Source: Candidatus Algichlamydia australiensis | GTDB taxonomy: Bacteria > Chlamydiota > Chlamydiia > Chlamydiales > JAJFMI01 | Length of the DNA stretch: 64,000 nt | Direction: 5' to 3' | Assembly: GCA_033977065.1 (NCBI GenBank) | Contig: JAXCHI010000002.1 | Location: forward strand, 320,001-384,000 | Part shown: piece by piece, positions 10,518 through 23,317 of the stretch | Numbering within the stretch: position 1 is the first letter of the stretch | Layout of the letters: each line of letters starts with the position of its first letter | The notes under the pieces: model-generated | Told to the model about the DNA's origin: nothing | Databases searched by the model: none | What the model saw: the letters and a program-made list of their open reading frames with translations, nothing else | Translations under genes and position numbers: made by a program

Positions 10518-11102
10518 ATGTTTAGCGGGGTTCTTTTTAGTTCTGCAACTTCTGATTTGTACTCCCGAGTTAGCAGAGGATACAACACCTTTCGAGCTTA
10601 TAATCTAATAACTTCAGGTGAGGAAAATCTTAGGGAAAGATTTATGAGTTTACTCAAATCTGGCATAGATCCAAATCACAAGAATGGTTTCTTTCTCGAC
10701 TATTTTATATCAATTGGCGATTTGGATATGGCGTCTAAATTGTTGGATCATGGTGCAAGTACGACTCTAACAAAGAAAAATTACAGAGCTATAATACCTC
10801 AAAAAAAGGAATTTTCACCCAAAGATCTTTTCAAAGGAGAGCTAAAACAAAATTCACAAAAAATTGAGCTTTACGCAAAGTTTGCAGAACTAAAAGAGCT
10901 ACGCAAGTTTGTAAATTTCTTATATCAGCATGAGAAGAATGATTTCATCATAGATATCCTGCAGATGAGGCTTCAAGAGACATGGAACGAGGTTGAAAGA
11001 AAGGAACTTGAAAGCACTATTCGTTGGGCAAACACTTTAAAGCACAGGGAGGATTCGCTCTGGGTTATCCCTAAATCCTATGGCTGGGGCATAGAATGTT
11101 AA
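10518..11102 (+). CDS. Hypothetical protein with one ankyrin-like repeat (paralog A)
   Basis: LLKSGIDPNHKNGFFLDYFISIGDLDMASKLLDHGA; clearly homologous to the ORF at 11305-11877. Confidence 0.7.
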   Translation: MFSGVLFSSATSDLYSRVSRGYNTFRAYNLITSGEENLRERFMSLLKSGIDPNHKNGFFLDYFISIGDLDMASKLLDHGASTTLTKKNYRAIIPQKKEFSPKDLFKGELKQNSQKIELYAKFAELKELRKFVNFLYQHEKNDFIIDILQMRLQETWNEVERKELESTIRWANTLKHREDSLWVIPKSYGWGIEC

Positions 11103-11236
11103 AGAGCATTTCCGTAGGTGGCAAAGGTGCGCGGTTTGAGCTTTTTGTCAAAACTTTTGAGAGAGAGACTTAGGCTTTTGTGGGAAGCATAGTTCTCTTC
11201 GCGATTACCCCCAGTTTCAACGATACAAGGGCCATC
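11100..11236 (-). pseudogene. Duplicated, diverged 3' fragment of menD
   Basis: Aligns to 11880-12017 (ttccgtagg..gcaaaggtgcgcggtttgagctttttgtcaaaac..gcatagttctcttcgcgat). Confidence 0.9.
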
Positions 11237-11304
11237 ATGCCTAAATAAAAAAATCGTGCAATCTTGCTCTTGCTTTTTTTTATGGGTATCCTCAAAATGC
11301 TCTT

Positions 11305-11877
11305 ATGTTTAATGGGGTTACTAACCGTAGATCTGTTGGTTTTCAATACTTAATTAAAAGAGAATTAAACACGCTTGAAGCATGTGCTCTAATTAATTCA
11401 GATGAAGGGGATTTTAGGGAGAAATTTGTAGCTTTACTCGAATACGGCATAGATGTAAATCACAAAAATGGTTTTTTCCTTAACTATTTTCTATCAATGG
11501 GGGACTTGGATATGGGGTGTAAATTGTTGAATTATCACGCAAATATCAGTTTAACAAAGAGAAATTACAAAACTGTAATACCTCCAAAAGAGTTTTCATC
11601 CGAAGATTTCTTTTTAGAGAAATCCAAGCTAAACATGCAAAAAATTGGGCTCTATATAAGATTTGCAGAACTAAAAGAGCTACACTATTTCGTAAATTTT
11701 TTGCGTCAGTACGAGATAAATGATTCCCTCATAACTCTCTTGGAGATGAGGCTTCAAGAGTCATGGGACGAGGCTGAGAGAGAGGAAATTAAAAGCATAA
11801 TCAATCAGGCAAAAATTTTAAGGTGCAAGGGGAATCCTCTCTGGGTTATTCCTGAATCTTATGGCTGGGGGGTATAG
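11305..11877 (+). CDS. Hypothetical protein with one ankyrin-like repeat (paralog B)
   Basis: LLEYGIDVNHKNGFFLNYFLSMGDLDMGCKLLNYHA; shares the C-terminal LWVIPxSYGWG with paralog A. Confidence 0.7.
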   Translation: MFNGVTNRRSVGFQYLIKRELNTLEACALINSDEGDFREKFVALLEYGIDVNHKNGFFLNYFLSMGDLDMGCKLLNYHANISLTKRNYKTVIPPKEFSSEDFFLEKSKLNMQKIGLYIRFAELKELHYFVNFLRQYEINDSLITLLEMRLQESWDEAEREEIKSIINQAKILRCKGNPLWVIPESYGWGV

Positions 11878-11879
11878 TA

Positions 11880-13604
11880 TTAAAGAGCGTTTCCGTAGGT
11901 AGCAAAGGTGCGCGGTTTGAGCTTTTTGTCAAAACCTTTGAGAGAAAGGTTTAAGCTTTTGTGGAAAGCATAGTTCTCTTCGCGATCACTCTCAATTTCA
12001 ATGATACATGGGCCATCTTGTGGGGCTGAATAGAGCGCCATCTCTTCGAGTTCTTCGCGATTTTTGGGTTTTAAGTATTGCAGAGAAAATTGCTCTGCAA
12101 TCGCGCGAAAGTCGCGTGCGTGGGAGCAGACAAGTGCCTCTTCAGCAAACTCTTTTTTCGAGCGAATGGCGCGGAAAGAGTAGATACCCCCACCGCCGTT
12201 GTTAATTACGAAGAAAGTTATCGGTAGATCGCGTTTGAGCTGAGCTAAAGAATTGAGATCGTGAAGGAAAGCGAGATCTCCAATGACGGCCCAAGTGCGT
12301 TTTTTTACCGCTTTAGCAATACCAATTGCTGTAGCGATATTGCCATCGATACCAGAGAGCCCACGGTTAGCAAAGAGGGGGCCCGATTTTTTTGCATGAG
12401 AGTAGAGAAAAGAGAAGTCGCGGATGGGCATGCTATTGGAGAGGAAAAGCGCTTCAAAAGGACCGAGATGGTTTGAAAAGAGGCGTGCTACCTCCATTTC
12501 TGACAAGCTTTTTTTAGTTTCAAAAAACGTATTTATTTTTGCTGCAATTGTGCGGTTGAGATCTTGCCATAGTGCAGTGTAGGGGTTCGGACCTGAACCT
12601 TTTAATTGAGAGGCAAGCTCTTTTGTAAAGAGAAGTGGGTCTGCTTTGATATGATCAGTAACAATATGAGCGGGGTCAAATCTCTTTTGCCCGACATGAA
12701 ACATCTTTTCAGGGGGATTTTGCGCTAAATAGTCGAGCAGAGTGCGGCTCATATACCCTTTTCCAAGATGCAAAACTGCAGTAGGGGCAAGGTTTTTAGA
12801 ATCAGAGCTCGCTCCTAGAATCGCTTCAAAGTGGGGAATTGTGTGAGACTGCTTATCACGACAGTGGGAGAGGATATCGGGGAGAATAGGCCAATTGAGT
12901 TTGCGGGCAAGTTCTGCAATTGCCGGCATCTCACTTGAAAGAGAGAGGCGGCCTGCAATAATCACCCCTTTTTCATGACGCATTAGCTCATCAGCAATCT
13001 CTTGCATGGACTCTTTGGCAATTGTGGGGGTAGAAAAATAGGTGCGTTTGGGAGATAGATTCAAATCCTGAGAAGTTTTTCCCACTAAAGGTTTGCGGAA
13101 TTGGCAATTGATTTGGACAGGTCCTTGGGGCAAACTTAGGGCATTTTGCAGAGCGTGGTGACACTTCTGTTGGAGAAACTGGGGAGATAGAGTGTTACTG
13201 GGGCAGTCGATATTGATACTTCTCTTTACGTGTGTGCCAAAAAAGTTCAATTGATCAGTTGTCTGATTAGCACCGCAATCTTGCAGTTCTGGAGGGCGGT
13301 CAGCTGTAAGAACGATTAGAGGGATCTCATCGTGGTAGGCCTCCATTACAGCAGGCATCATATTACCAAGAGCCGTTCCAGAGGTGGCGACAAGGGCAAC
13401 GGGCATGCCACTTGCTTTCGCGTAACCCAAGGCGTGAAAACCGACACCACGCTCATCAAAATGGGTCATTACTTGTGCAAGAGGGTGCTCATGGATTGCC
13501 ATGATCAGTGGAGTCGAACGCGATCCCGGTGCGATACAGAAGTAGCGCACTTTTTGATGAATCAATTCTTTTACAACAATTTTTGCCCAGGTTACATTGT
13601 CCAT
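11880..13604 (-). CDS. menD: SEPHCHC synthase (TPP-dependent)
   Basis: Motifs PGSRSTPL, HFDERG, TSGTA, TADRP, NRGLSGIDG, GDLAFLHD and NNGGGGI. Confidence 0.96.
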   Translation of the reverse strand: MDNVTWAKIVVKELIHQKVRYFCIAPGSRSTPLIMAIHEHPLAQVMTHFDERGVGFHALGYAKASGMPVALVATSGTALGNMMPAVMEAYHDEIPLIVLTADRPPELQDCGANQTTDQLNFFGTHVKRSINIDCPSNTLSPQFLQQKCHHALQNALSLPQGPVQINCQFRKPLVGKTSQDLNLSPKRTYFSTPTIAKESMQEIADELMRHEKGVIIAGRLSLSSEMPAIAELARKLNWPILPDILSHCRDKQSHTIPHFEAILGASSDSKNLAPTAVLHLGKGYMSRTLLDYLAQNPPEKMFHVGQKRFDPAHIVTDHIKADPLLFTKELASQLKGSGPNPYTALWQDLNRTIAAKINTFFETKKSLSEMEVARLFSNHLGPFEALFLSNSMPIRDFSFLYSHAKKSGPLFANRGLSGIDGNIATAIGIAKAVKKRTWAVIGDLAFLHDLNSLAQLKRDLPITFFVINNGGGGIYSFRAIRSKKEFAEEALVCSHARDFRAIAEQFSLQYLKPKNREELEEMALYSAPQDGPCIIEIESDREENYAFHKSLNLSLKGFDKKLKPRTFATYGNAL

Positions 13605-14599
13605 AATTTTAATTTATTATTGAGTTCACTCCATTCGTCATAACAGTTCGACCCATTCAAGATACCGCTTCCAGCAAATAGATGCAATTCGTTTCTCTTA
13701 ATTAGCGCGGAACGAATGGCAACAAAAAAATGCGAGCGCTCTTTTTCCATGTAACCAACAGGCGCAGCAAACCAGCCGCGATCAAAACTTTCAAGTTCAT
13801 GGAGTTTTTGCAACGCTTCTTTCTTAGGTAAACCACCCGTTGCTGGCGTGGGATGCAGAGCGCCAAGCAGATCTTGATCGGAGATATTCTGCTTTAGCTC
13901 GGCAGAAAAGGGGGTAAAAAGGTGCTCGACGTTGGGAGTTTGCAAAAGTTGCGGCTCCTCTTCAAACAAAACTCTGCTGCACAAAGGAGAGAGGGTTTGA
14001 GCAAGTTCCTTTTGAACAAAGCGAAACTCCTGTAGATCTTTTTTTGAGTGTAGGAGCTCTTTGCCTCTTCCTCTTGTTCTAGTACCAGCAATTGCTGCGG
14101 TCGAAAGCTGCCTTCCCTCTCTTCTAAAGAGCCACTCGGGTGTAGACCCCAAAAATGTCGTCTCAGGATCCATTTGAAAGAAGAAGAGCAAACCCTTGCC
14201 AACTAAATTGCGTAAGAGAAGAAATGGATTTAAAGGTTTGTCATATGTCATGACCGTTTTGCGTGCAAATACGGCTTTTTGCAAATCTGCATCAAGTAGT
14301 GCTTGTAAAGCTCTTTTATACTCAGGGTAACTAGGAGAGTGTTGCATCCTTTCAGGAAGGGCAAAAGGAAATTGTTTCTTCTCAATCTTCCCGTACTTAA
14401 ATTTGCGTGGTGAAAAAAAAGTTGTTACCGGAAATTTTTCCCAAAGCTGTCCCTTTCTTGGATAAGGAAAAAAATCCTGCGCACCAAAAACAAGCTTGCC
14501 AATCTGAGCAGAGCGACCTACTCCAGCTAATCCTAAATTGCCCTCCGCAAAAAGAACCTTTGGAAATTCTGTTTGGTTTTTCAACCAATCAATGAGCAC
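13592..14599 (-). CDS. menF: Isochorismate synthase
   Basis: Motifs KAVFAR, GSTPE, AIAGT, LHPTPATGG, FDRGWFA and VAIRSAL. Confidence 0.9.
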   Translation of the reverse strand: MLIDWLKNQTEFPKVLFAEGNLGLAGVGRSAQIGKLVFGAQDFFPYPRKGQLWEKFPVTTFFSPRKFKYGKIEKKQFPFALPERMQHSPSYPEYKRALQALLDADLQKAVFARKTVMTYDKPLNPFLLLRNLVGKGLLFFFQMDPETTFLGSTPEWLFRREGRQLSTAAIAGTRTRGRGKELLHSKKDLQEFRFVQKELAQTLSPLCSRVLFEEEPQLLQTPNVEHLFTPFSAELKQNISDQDLLGALHPTPATGGLPKKEALQKLHELESFDRGWFAAPVGYMEKERSHFFVAIRSALIKRNELHLFAGSGILNGSNCYDEWSELNNKLKLWTM

Positions 14600-15301
14600 T
14601 CAAAGCTCTCCCACATAGAGAGAAACGGCCCCCATCATCAAAGGGTAGACAGCTGCTTTACGAAACCCACTATCGCGCATCAACGCACAAAAAACAGAGC
14701 CATACGGAAACGACTCAATTGTCTCATTGAGATAGCGATACGCTTCTTGGTTCTTTGAGAGCAGACCACCAATGCGCGGCAGTATATGTCTTAAATAAAA
14801 GAGGTGACCGGTTTTAATCATCTGGTTTTTAGGAAGGGAGAACTCCAAAATAGCTGCCCTTCCATCAGGTTTCAACACGCGTTTAATCTCACGCAAACAC
14901 TCTTTGGGATCGCTCATATTGCGAATACCGAAACTTGAAGAGACAAAGTGAAAGGAGTTATCGGGAAAAGGCAGTTCTAATCCAGAAGCTTTTTGAAAAC
15001 GCACCTGTTTTCCATAAGGCTTGCGTGCTAACTTCTTTTTCCCAATTTTGAGCAGCTCTTCAGCTAAATCAATCCCAACAACCTCGGCAATATTTCCAGA
15101 TTTTTCCATCAACGCAATAATCTGATCGCCCGTGCCCGTAGCAATATCCAAAACGCGCATGTTCCGCCTTTGTGGCAAATACATCGCGACTCTTTTGCGC
15201 CAACGCATATCAAAGCCAAAAGAGAGGATTCGATTGATCCGATCATAAGTGGGGGAGATGCGATCAAACATCTCAAAAGATTTTTCCTTTTGCACGCTCA
15301 T
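14600..15301 (-). CDS. ubiE: Demethylmenaquinone methyltransferase UbiE/MenG
   Basis: Motifs MFDRISPTYDRINRILSFG, VLDIATGTGD and AYRYLNETI. Confidence 0.95.
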   Translation of the reverse strand: MSVQKEKSFEMFDRISPTYDRINRILSFGFDMRWRKRVAMYLPQRRNMRVLDIATGTGDQIIALMEKSGNIAEVVGIDLAEELLKIGKKKLARKPYGKQVRFQKASGLELPFPDNSFHFVSSSFGIRNMSDPKECLREIKRVLKPDGRAAILEFSLPKNQMIKTGHLFYLRHILPRIGGLLSKNQEAYRYLNETIESFPYGSVFCALMRDSGFRKAAVYPLMMGAVSLYVGEL

Positions 15302-15329
15302 GGCCGCATTATGCACATCTCACAAAATC

Positions 15330-15358
15330 TTGACAAATCTTAGTTTTTAACGCATGCT
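15330..15358 (+). promoter_or_regulatory. Putative sigma70/66 promoter of the Fic-like gene
   Basis: TTGACA-17 nt-CATGCT, followed by AGGAG before the ATG at 15382. Confidence 0.5.
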
Positions 15359-15381
15359 CTTTTACCCACAAGGAGAATAAA

Positions 15382-16542
15382 ATGTTAATAAATCAGGTCC
15401 CCCGGTTTTCTGATAAACCGATTACGATTGTTCCCAACTATCTTTATCAAAACCCTCATCAAGGTCCATATGCGGAAATTGAACCCTGCTTACTCGAAGA
15501 TATAAAATTTGCGCCAGCTTCACAAGAGTTGATTCAAAAAATAGTTCAAGAAACAGGAAAAACAGAGGAGCGAGTTACGGCTGAATTTAATTGGATAACA
15601 GCAGTTAGTAAACTCGAAAAAATATTAAAAAACAAAGGCGGGCGATTTGCAAGAGATCTATCTTTTTTCTATTTTCAACAGTTGCAAAATGCATTAGAGC
15701 CTAAAGAAAGTTTTTCTACTTTTTCATTGCGATCGGTACCGATAAGATGGGCTAAAGCAAATTGTACAGATATTAACGAAATTGTTCTTGGGTGTTTTTT
15801 TGAAAGCCATGGTCCTAAAGCTTTAAAGGCAATCTATCCTAGAATGGTTGATTTATGCCCAGTGTTAGGACAGAAATCGATTCTAGAAACAACACCTGAA
15901 GACTCCTATTTTCTTTCTAAAAAAATACTAGTAGATTTTTTTAACGAAATTAAATCCGGGAAAAGGGAAATTAAGTTTCAAAATGAGAACGATCGGGAGT
16001 GGTTTGAAAAGAATAAAGGGGAAATTGATGTAAAGTATTTAGAGCGTTTGTCTCCTGCAGATCTTTCTAGTGTGCCAGGGTTTTCTGAGAATCAAGATCT
16101 CTTTGAGAGAGCAATGAACGAGAATGGGTGGTTTTTTTGTGATATGGGAAAGTGGTATCGGAAGAGAACATATGTTTTCCCCCCTCCAGCAGATTTATTT
16201 AAACTATACTCTGAGACCCAAGAGTACTGCGTAAACAGAAATCATCACCCAATTTTGAAAGCATGTCGTGTTTGGTTTGACTGTGTAAAAAATCACTACT
16301 GCATCGCAGCGAATAAGCGCACCGGGAGAGCGTTAGCAATTGGAATACTTCTTTCGAATGGATATTTGCCACCGCGCATTGATGAAGAAAAGGAAGACTA
16401 TCCTCTTGCTAATTACAAAACATTTGAGGATCCAGACGGCTTTGAGAAGTTTGTGGATTATGTTGCTAGGAAGATCATCGAAGATCATACATGGGTTGTC
16501 CCATCATATAGCCATGAAATTGAAGTTGGAGACCTCGACTAG
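15382..16542 (+). CDS. Fic/Doc-family protein with a divergent motif
   Basis: HYCIAANKRTGR followed by ILLSNGYLPP resembles the Fic/Doc signature and its following helix. Confidence 0.65.
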   Translation: MLINQVPRFSDKPITIVPNYLYQNPHQGPYAEIEPCLLEDIKFAPASQELIQKIVQETGKTEERVTAEFNWITAVSKLEKILKNKGGRFARDLSFFYFQQLQNALEPKESFSTFSLRSVPIRWAKANCTDINEIVLGCFFESHGPKALKAIYPRMVDLCPVLGQKSILETTPEDSYFLSKKILVDFFNEIKSGKREIKFQNENDREWFEKNKGEIDVKYLERLSPADLSSVPGFSENQDLFERAMNENGWFFCDMGKWYRKRTYVFPPPADLFKLYSETQEYCVNRNHHPILKACRVWFDCVKNHYCIAANKRTGRALAIGILLSNGYLPPRIDEEKEDYPLANYKTFEDPDGFEKFVDYVARKIIEDHTWVVPSYSHEIEVGDLD

Positions 16543-16563
16543 ATTTTGACAAACCTTTCGAAT

Positions 16564-16602
16564 AACAGAGGATAAATTAAAATATTTAATTTATCCTCTG
16601 TT
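16564..16602. terminator. Perfect 18-bp inverted repeat
   Basis: aacagaggataaattaaa-ata-tttaatttatcctctgtt, just downstream of the Fic-like gene. Confidence 0.6.
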
Positions 16603-16669
16603 GTTTCTATATATTTTTATTTGTAATTCCTGTAAAATGGGGTGGACTTTTCCAAAGGAGAACTAAAAT

Positions 16670-17254
16670 ATGACTACAATTTGCCCTGTGCAGCAAATTC
16701 TTACTGATAACCAAACAGAGGCTGATCAAACACGCGAACTTTCAAAATATTATTTTAAAAATAGGACATCTCTTGAGGGTTGGCAAAAAACCGCAGAAAT
16801 TTCTAATGCAGTTGGGGTGGTTCTATTCCTTGGTTTGCAGGATTATCTAAGCGTTACGACGAATAAAGTTCTCTTGTGTTGTGCGATTGCTACTGGTATT
16901 TTTCACACGGCTGCATATTTACAAAAGTTTTTTTGTATTGCTATTCGTCGTCTTGCATCGTGTGAAGGAGAAAAATGTCATGCATTTCATCTTCTTGTAA
17001 ATAAGAAATCAAAGTTAGATAGCAAGAACACTCTAATATTTCGTATTTACGCAGTAAGTTTCTTAAACGCTCTTTTTTTTCAATCAAGCAGTTTTCATAG
17101 TTATTTTTCCGATAAACTAATTTGGAGTCTTACTATTATACCTTTACTGACAATTAGAACTATTCAACAGGATTTGTACAATGAAGAGCTATCTGAAGCT
17201 GCTTTAAATGGCGAGTTTGACACAGTTTGTAAGCAGCTTGTGAATCCAGAATAA
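16670..17254 (+). CDS. Hypothetical membrane protein
   Basis: AAGGAG RBS; two pairs of hydrophobic segments; no recognisable family. Confidence 0.6.
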   Translation: MTTICPVQQILTDNQTEADQTRELSKYYFKNRTSLEGWQKTAEISNAVGVVLFLGLQDYLSVTTNKVLLCCAIATGIFHTAAYLQKFFCIAIRRLASCEGEKCHAFHLLVNKKSKLDSKNTLIFRIYAVSFLNALFFQSSSFHSYFSDKLIWSLTIIPLLTIRTIQQDLYNEELSEAALNGEFDTVCKQLVNPE

Positions 17255-17309
17255 AACTTAAGTTCTTTAATCGCGCCTAAGTAAACCTTTGTTTTTGGAG
17301 ATTATTTCC

Positions 17310-17478
17310 TCTGTACTGGACAAAAATTTCACCAATGGATGAGCTGTGCCTTTATCAAATCGATTCTCCTTCTCGTCCATAGCACTATGGGCTATGGACT
17401 CGTCGCTCGAAACGCTGCTGCTTCGATTTGATTTTGGCTCGCTTTGCTCCTCTTGGCAAAATTTTTGTCCAGTACAGA
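17310..17478. mobile_element. MITE-like palindromic element (family 2, intact copy)
   Basis: Perfect 20-bp TIRs (tctgtactggacaaaaattt) and flanking direct repeat AGATTATTTC at 17299-17308 and 17479-17488. A second partial copy lies near 54367. Confidence 0.8.
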
Positions 17479-17481
17479 AGA

Positions 17482-18519
17482 TTATTTCAATTCGTTTTCA
17501 ATTTCTTCAATTGTTGGAAGAGAGTCTTTCAAATTTTCGGGGAGCGATTCCATTATTTGTGTCTCATACTCAGCAACACCAATCGGTTTTTTTACGTCTC
17601 GAAGGGCGTACTCTACTTTCACTCCTTTTTTATCTTTGCAGAGCAAAAGACCGATGCTGGGTTGATCTGGAGGAGAGCGAAGGAGATCGTCAACTGCGCT
17701 TAAATAGAAATTCATTTGTCCTGCATCACGTGGGTCAAAGGAACCAGCTTTAAGTTCTACAACAACATAGCAATGAAGTTTTGTATGATAGAAGAGCAAA
17801 TCTAAGTGATAGGTGTCGTCTGCTACAGTAATTGGATATTGTCGCCCCATAAATGCAAAGCCGTGTCCCAGCTCAACCAAAAACTTCTGAATGTGGTCAA
17901 GTAAACCTCCCTCCAGCTCTTTTTCATCAAACTTTTCTCTTAGAGTCAGAAAGTCAAAATTGTAGGGATCTTTGAGAGTAGCTTGGGCTAAATCAGATTG
18001 AAGAGGTGGCAGAGTATCTTTAAAATTTGAGATTGTTTTCCCTTGTCGCTCGTAAAGGTTGCTTGTAATCCAGTGAAGTAAAACGTTACGGCTCCAACCG
18101 TTTTCAATTGTTTTCTTTATGTACCAGATTCTTTCTTCGTGAGAATTTATTTTCTCTATAAGTAGGATGTTGTGTCCCCATGGAATAGAAAAAATAATGT
18201 GTTTTTGAAATAGTCCCACAGCTTGTGGGACTATTTCGTAAGCTCTGTAAAACGCGCTCATTCTAAACAGGTTGGTTCTCGAGAATCCTTTCATATCTGG
18301 AAAAGCAGATTTGAGGTCTTTAGATAGTTTCTCAAGAGCTTTTGCACCCCATCCCTCTTCTTTTTGCTTTTGGCTAAGAGCGCTACCAATCTCCCAATAG
18401 AGTTGGATGAGCTCTCTGTTAACAGAAAGAGCTGCTTTGATTTGTGAAGAACGTACTTTTTGCTTAATTTCTTGCAAAAGTTGTTTGTACCCCGAACCGA
18501 TAACAGTTGCTTCCGACAT
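17482..18519 (-). CDS. YhcG/DUF1016 PD-(D/E)XK nuclease-domain protein
   Basis: Motifs VNRELIQLYWEIG, KDPYNFDFL, ELGHGFAFMGRQ, DLLFYHTKLHCYVVVELK and GQMNFYL. Confidence 0.93.
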   Translation of the reverse strand: MSEATVIGSGYKQLLQEIKQKVRSSQIKAALSVNRELIQLYWEIGSALSQKQKEEGWGAKALEKLSKDLKSAFPDMKGFSRTNLFRMSAFYRAYEIVPQAVGLFQKHIIFSIPWGHNILLIEKINSHEERIWYIKKTIENGWSRNVLLHWITSNLYERQGKTISNFKDTLPPLQSDLAQATLKDPYNFDFLTLREKFDEKELEGGLLDHIQKFLVELGHGFAFMGRQYPITVADDTYHLDLLFYHTKLHCYVVVELKAGSFDPRDAGQMNFYLSAVDDLLRSPPDQPSIGLLLCKDKKGVKVEYALRDVKKPIGVAEYETQIMESLPENLKDSLPTIEEIENELK

Positions 18520-18593
18520 TACCAAATCTCCCTTTGCGATAAATTATGAAGATTTTAAGAGATTATAGCAACTTCTTGAGTTGTAGCAGTAAT

Positions 18594-20408
18594 TTAGCCG
18601 CGGGCTTTGCTTTTGCGTTCGACCTCTGTCAGGTAGCGTTTGCGCAAGCGGATTGTTTTGGGAGTCACTTCAATAAGCTCATCATCTTCAATAAAATCGA
18701 TCGCTTGCTCGAGAGTCATTTTTCGTGGAGGTGTAAGGACGACGTTTTCGTCTGTGCCTGAGGCGCGGACGTTTGTCAATTTTTTCTCTCGGACGGCGTT
18801 GACAACGAGATCGTTGTCGCGGTTGTGTTCTCCGACAAGCATCCCTTCGTAGACTTCGTCATTGGCGGTGCAAAAGAGCGTGCCGCGCTCTTGGAGATTG
18901 AAGAGGGAGTAGGGAGTAGCGCGTCCTTTGCCGCCAGCAATCATAGCGCCGTTTTTGCGGCCCGGGATTTCGCCTTTCCATGGGGCGAAGGAATCGAAAG
19001 TAGAGGTCAAAATTCCTTTGCCGCGAGTTTGTGTGAGGAAATCACTGCGATAGCCCATCAGCGCACGGGTTGGCATCCAAAATTGAATGGTGGAGATGCT
19101 ATGCTCATTGGTTTGCATTTCGCGCATCTCACCCTTACGGCGGTTAAGCTCTTCGATAACAGAACCAGAAAACTCTTCTGGCACTTCGATGTGTACTAGT
19201 TCGTAGGGTTCGTGGCGAATTCCCTCTACCTCTTTAATGAGAACTTGCGGTTTGGAGAGAGAGAATTCAAAATTTTCGCGACGCATCGCTTCAATGAGAA
19301 TGGCAAGGTGCAGCTCGCCCTTTCCAAAGACGCGTACAAAATCTTCTTTGCCATAATGCTCCTCAATATTGTAGGAAATGTTCGCACGTTTTTCTTTAAG
19401 GAGTCGATCGCGAATCTTATTCATGGTGACGTGTGCCCCATCTTTTCCTACAAACGGGCTGCTGTTAACGAGGAAGTCAACAGAGAGGGTGGGCTCAGAA
19501 AGCTCGATAGGAGGGAGTTGGTTGACGTTTTCAGGATCGCAGAGGGTATCACCAATGTTGACTTCTGGTGCTCCGGCAATCGAGACAATATCTCCGACAA
19601 AAGCCTCTTCAAGTTCGACTTTTTCCAGGCCAAGGTACCCCTGGATACGTGTCACTTTGTGCTGAGTCGGGTGGCCTTCACGGTTGATCATGGTGAAAGA
19701 GTCAGCTTTTTTGATTTTCCCTTCTAGAATACGACCGGTTGCTTGGCGACCGAGGTAGTCATCATAAGAGAGGGTAGTCGCTTGCATGAGGAAGGGAAGA
19801 TCAGGATTTCCTGAAGGCTCAGGAATTTTTTCAATGATCATTTCAAATAGCGGACGCATGTCGACACGTGGATCATCAAGTTTGAGCATAGCGAAGCCGT
19901 TCAAGGCTGAGGCGTAGAGATAGGGGAAGTCAAGCTGTTCGTCGGTGGCGCCGAGTTCAACAAAAAGATCGAAGGTGAGGTTAAGCGCATTTTCAGGATC
20001 AGCGTGTGGGCGGTCGATTTTGTTAAAGACAACAATTGGTTTGAGACCAAGTTTGAGTGCTTCAGAGAGAACAAAACGCGTCTGGGGCATGGGACCGTCT
20101 GCGGCATCAACAAGAAGAAGAACAGAGCTTACCATGCCAAGTACGCGTTCCACTTCTCCAGAAAAGTCGGCGTGCCCGGGAGTGTCAATTAAATTTATTT
20201 TTACATCATCGAAATAAAGGCTTGTATGCTTAGCAAATATTGTAATTCCCCGCTCACGTTCCAAAGCGTAACTATCCATCACGCGTTCAGGCACAGCTTC
20301 TCCTTCACGAAAGAGCTGAGATTGGGCTAGTAAACTATCTAAAAGTGTTGTCTTTCCATGATCGATGTGAGCGATGATGGCAATATTTCGTATGCTTTTC
20401 TTTGTCAT
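18594..20408 (-). CDS. typA: Translational GTPase TypA/BipA
   Basis: Motifs [42 protein letters not shown] and [10 protein letters not shown]. Confidence 0.97.
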   Translation of the reverse strand: MTKKSIRNIAIIAHIDHGKTTLLDSLLAQSQLFREGEAVPERVMDSYALERERGITIFAKHTSLYFDDVKINLIDTPGHADFSGEVERVLGMVSSVLLLVDAADGPMPQTRFVLSEALKLGLKPIVVFNKIDRPHADPENALNLTFDLFVELGATDEQLDFPYLYASALNGFAMLKLDDPRVDMRPLFEMIIEKIPEPSGNPDLPFLMQATTLSYDDYLGRQATGRILEGKIKKADSFTMINREGHPTQHKVTRIQGYLGLEKVELEEAFVGDIVSIAGAPEVNIGDTLCDPENVNQLPPIELSEPTLSVDFLVNSSPFVGKDGAHVTMNKIRDRLLKEKRANISYNIEEHYGKEDFVRVFGKGELHLAILIEAMRRENFEFSLSKPQVLIKEVEGIRHEPYELVHIEVPEEFSGSVIEELNRRKGEMREMQTNEHSISTIQFWMPTRALMGYRSDFLTQTRGKGILTSTFDSFAPWKGEIPGRKNGAMIAGGKGRATPYSLFNLQERGTLFCTANDEVYEGMLVGEHNRDNDLVVNAVREKKLTNVRASGTDENVVLTPPRKMTLEQAIDFIEDDELIEVTPKTIRLRKRYLTEVERKSKARG

Positions 20409-20485
20409 AATAGAATCATTGTAACAGATTGTCTCTTTCGTTAACAGAAGCAAAATAGTTGTACTTTTGAAAGAATTTTGGTACA

Positions 20486-23309
<2,824 letters not shown>

Positions 23310-23317
23310 AGGTATTT

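Noticed and set aside
17346..17753. 135-, 91- and 73-aa plus-strand ORFs
   Set aside because: They overlap the MITE and the antisense strand of the YhcG gene, with no coding signal.
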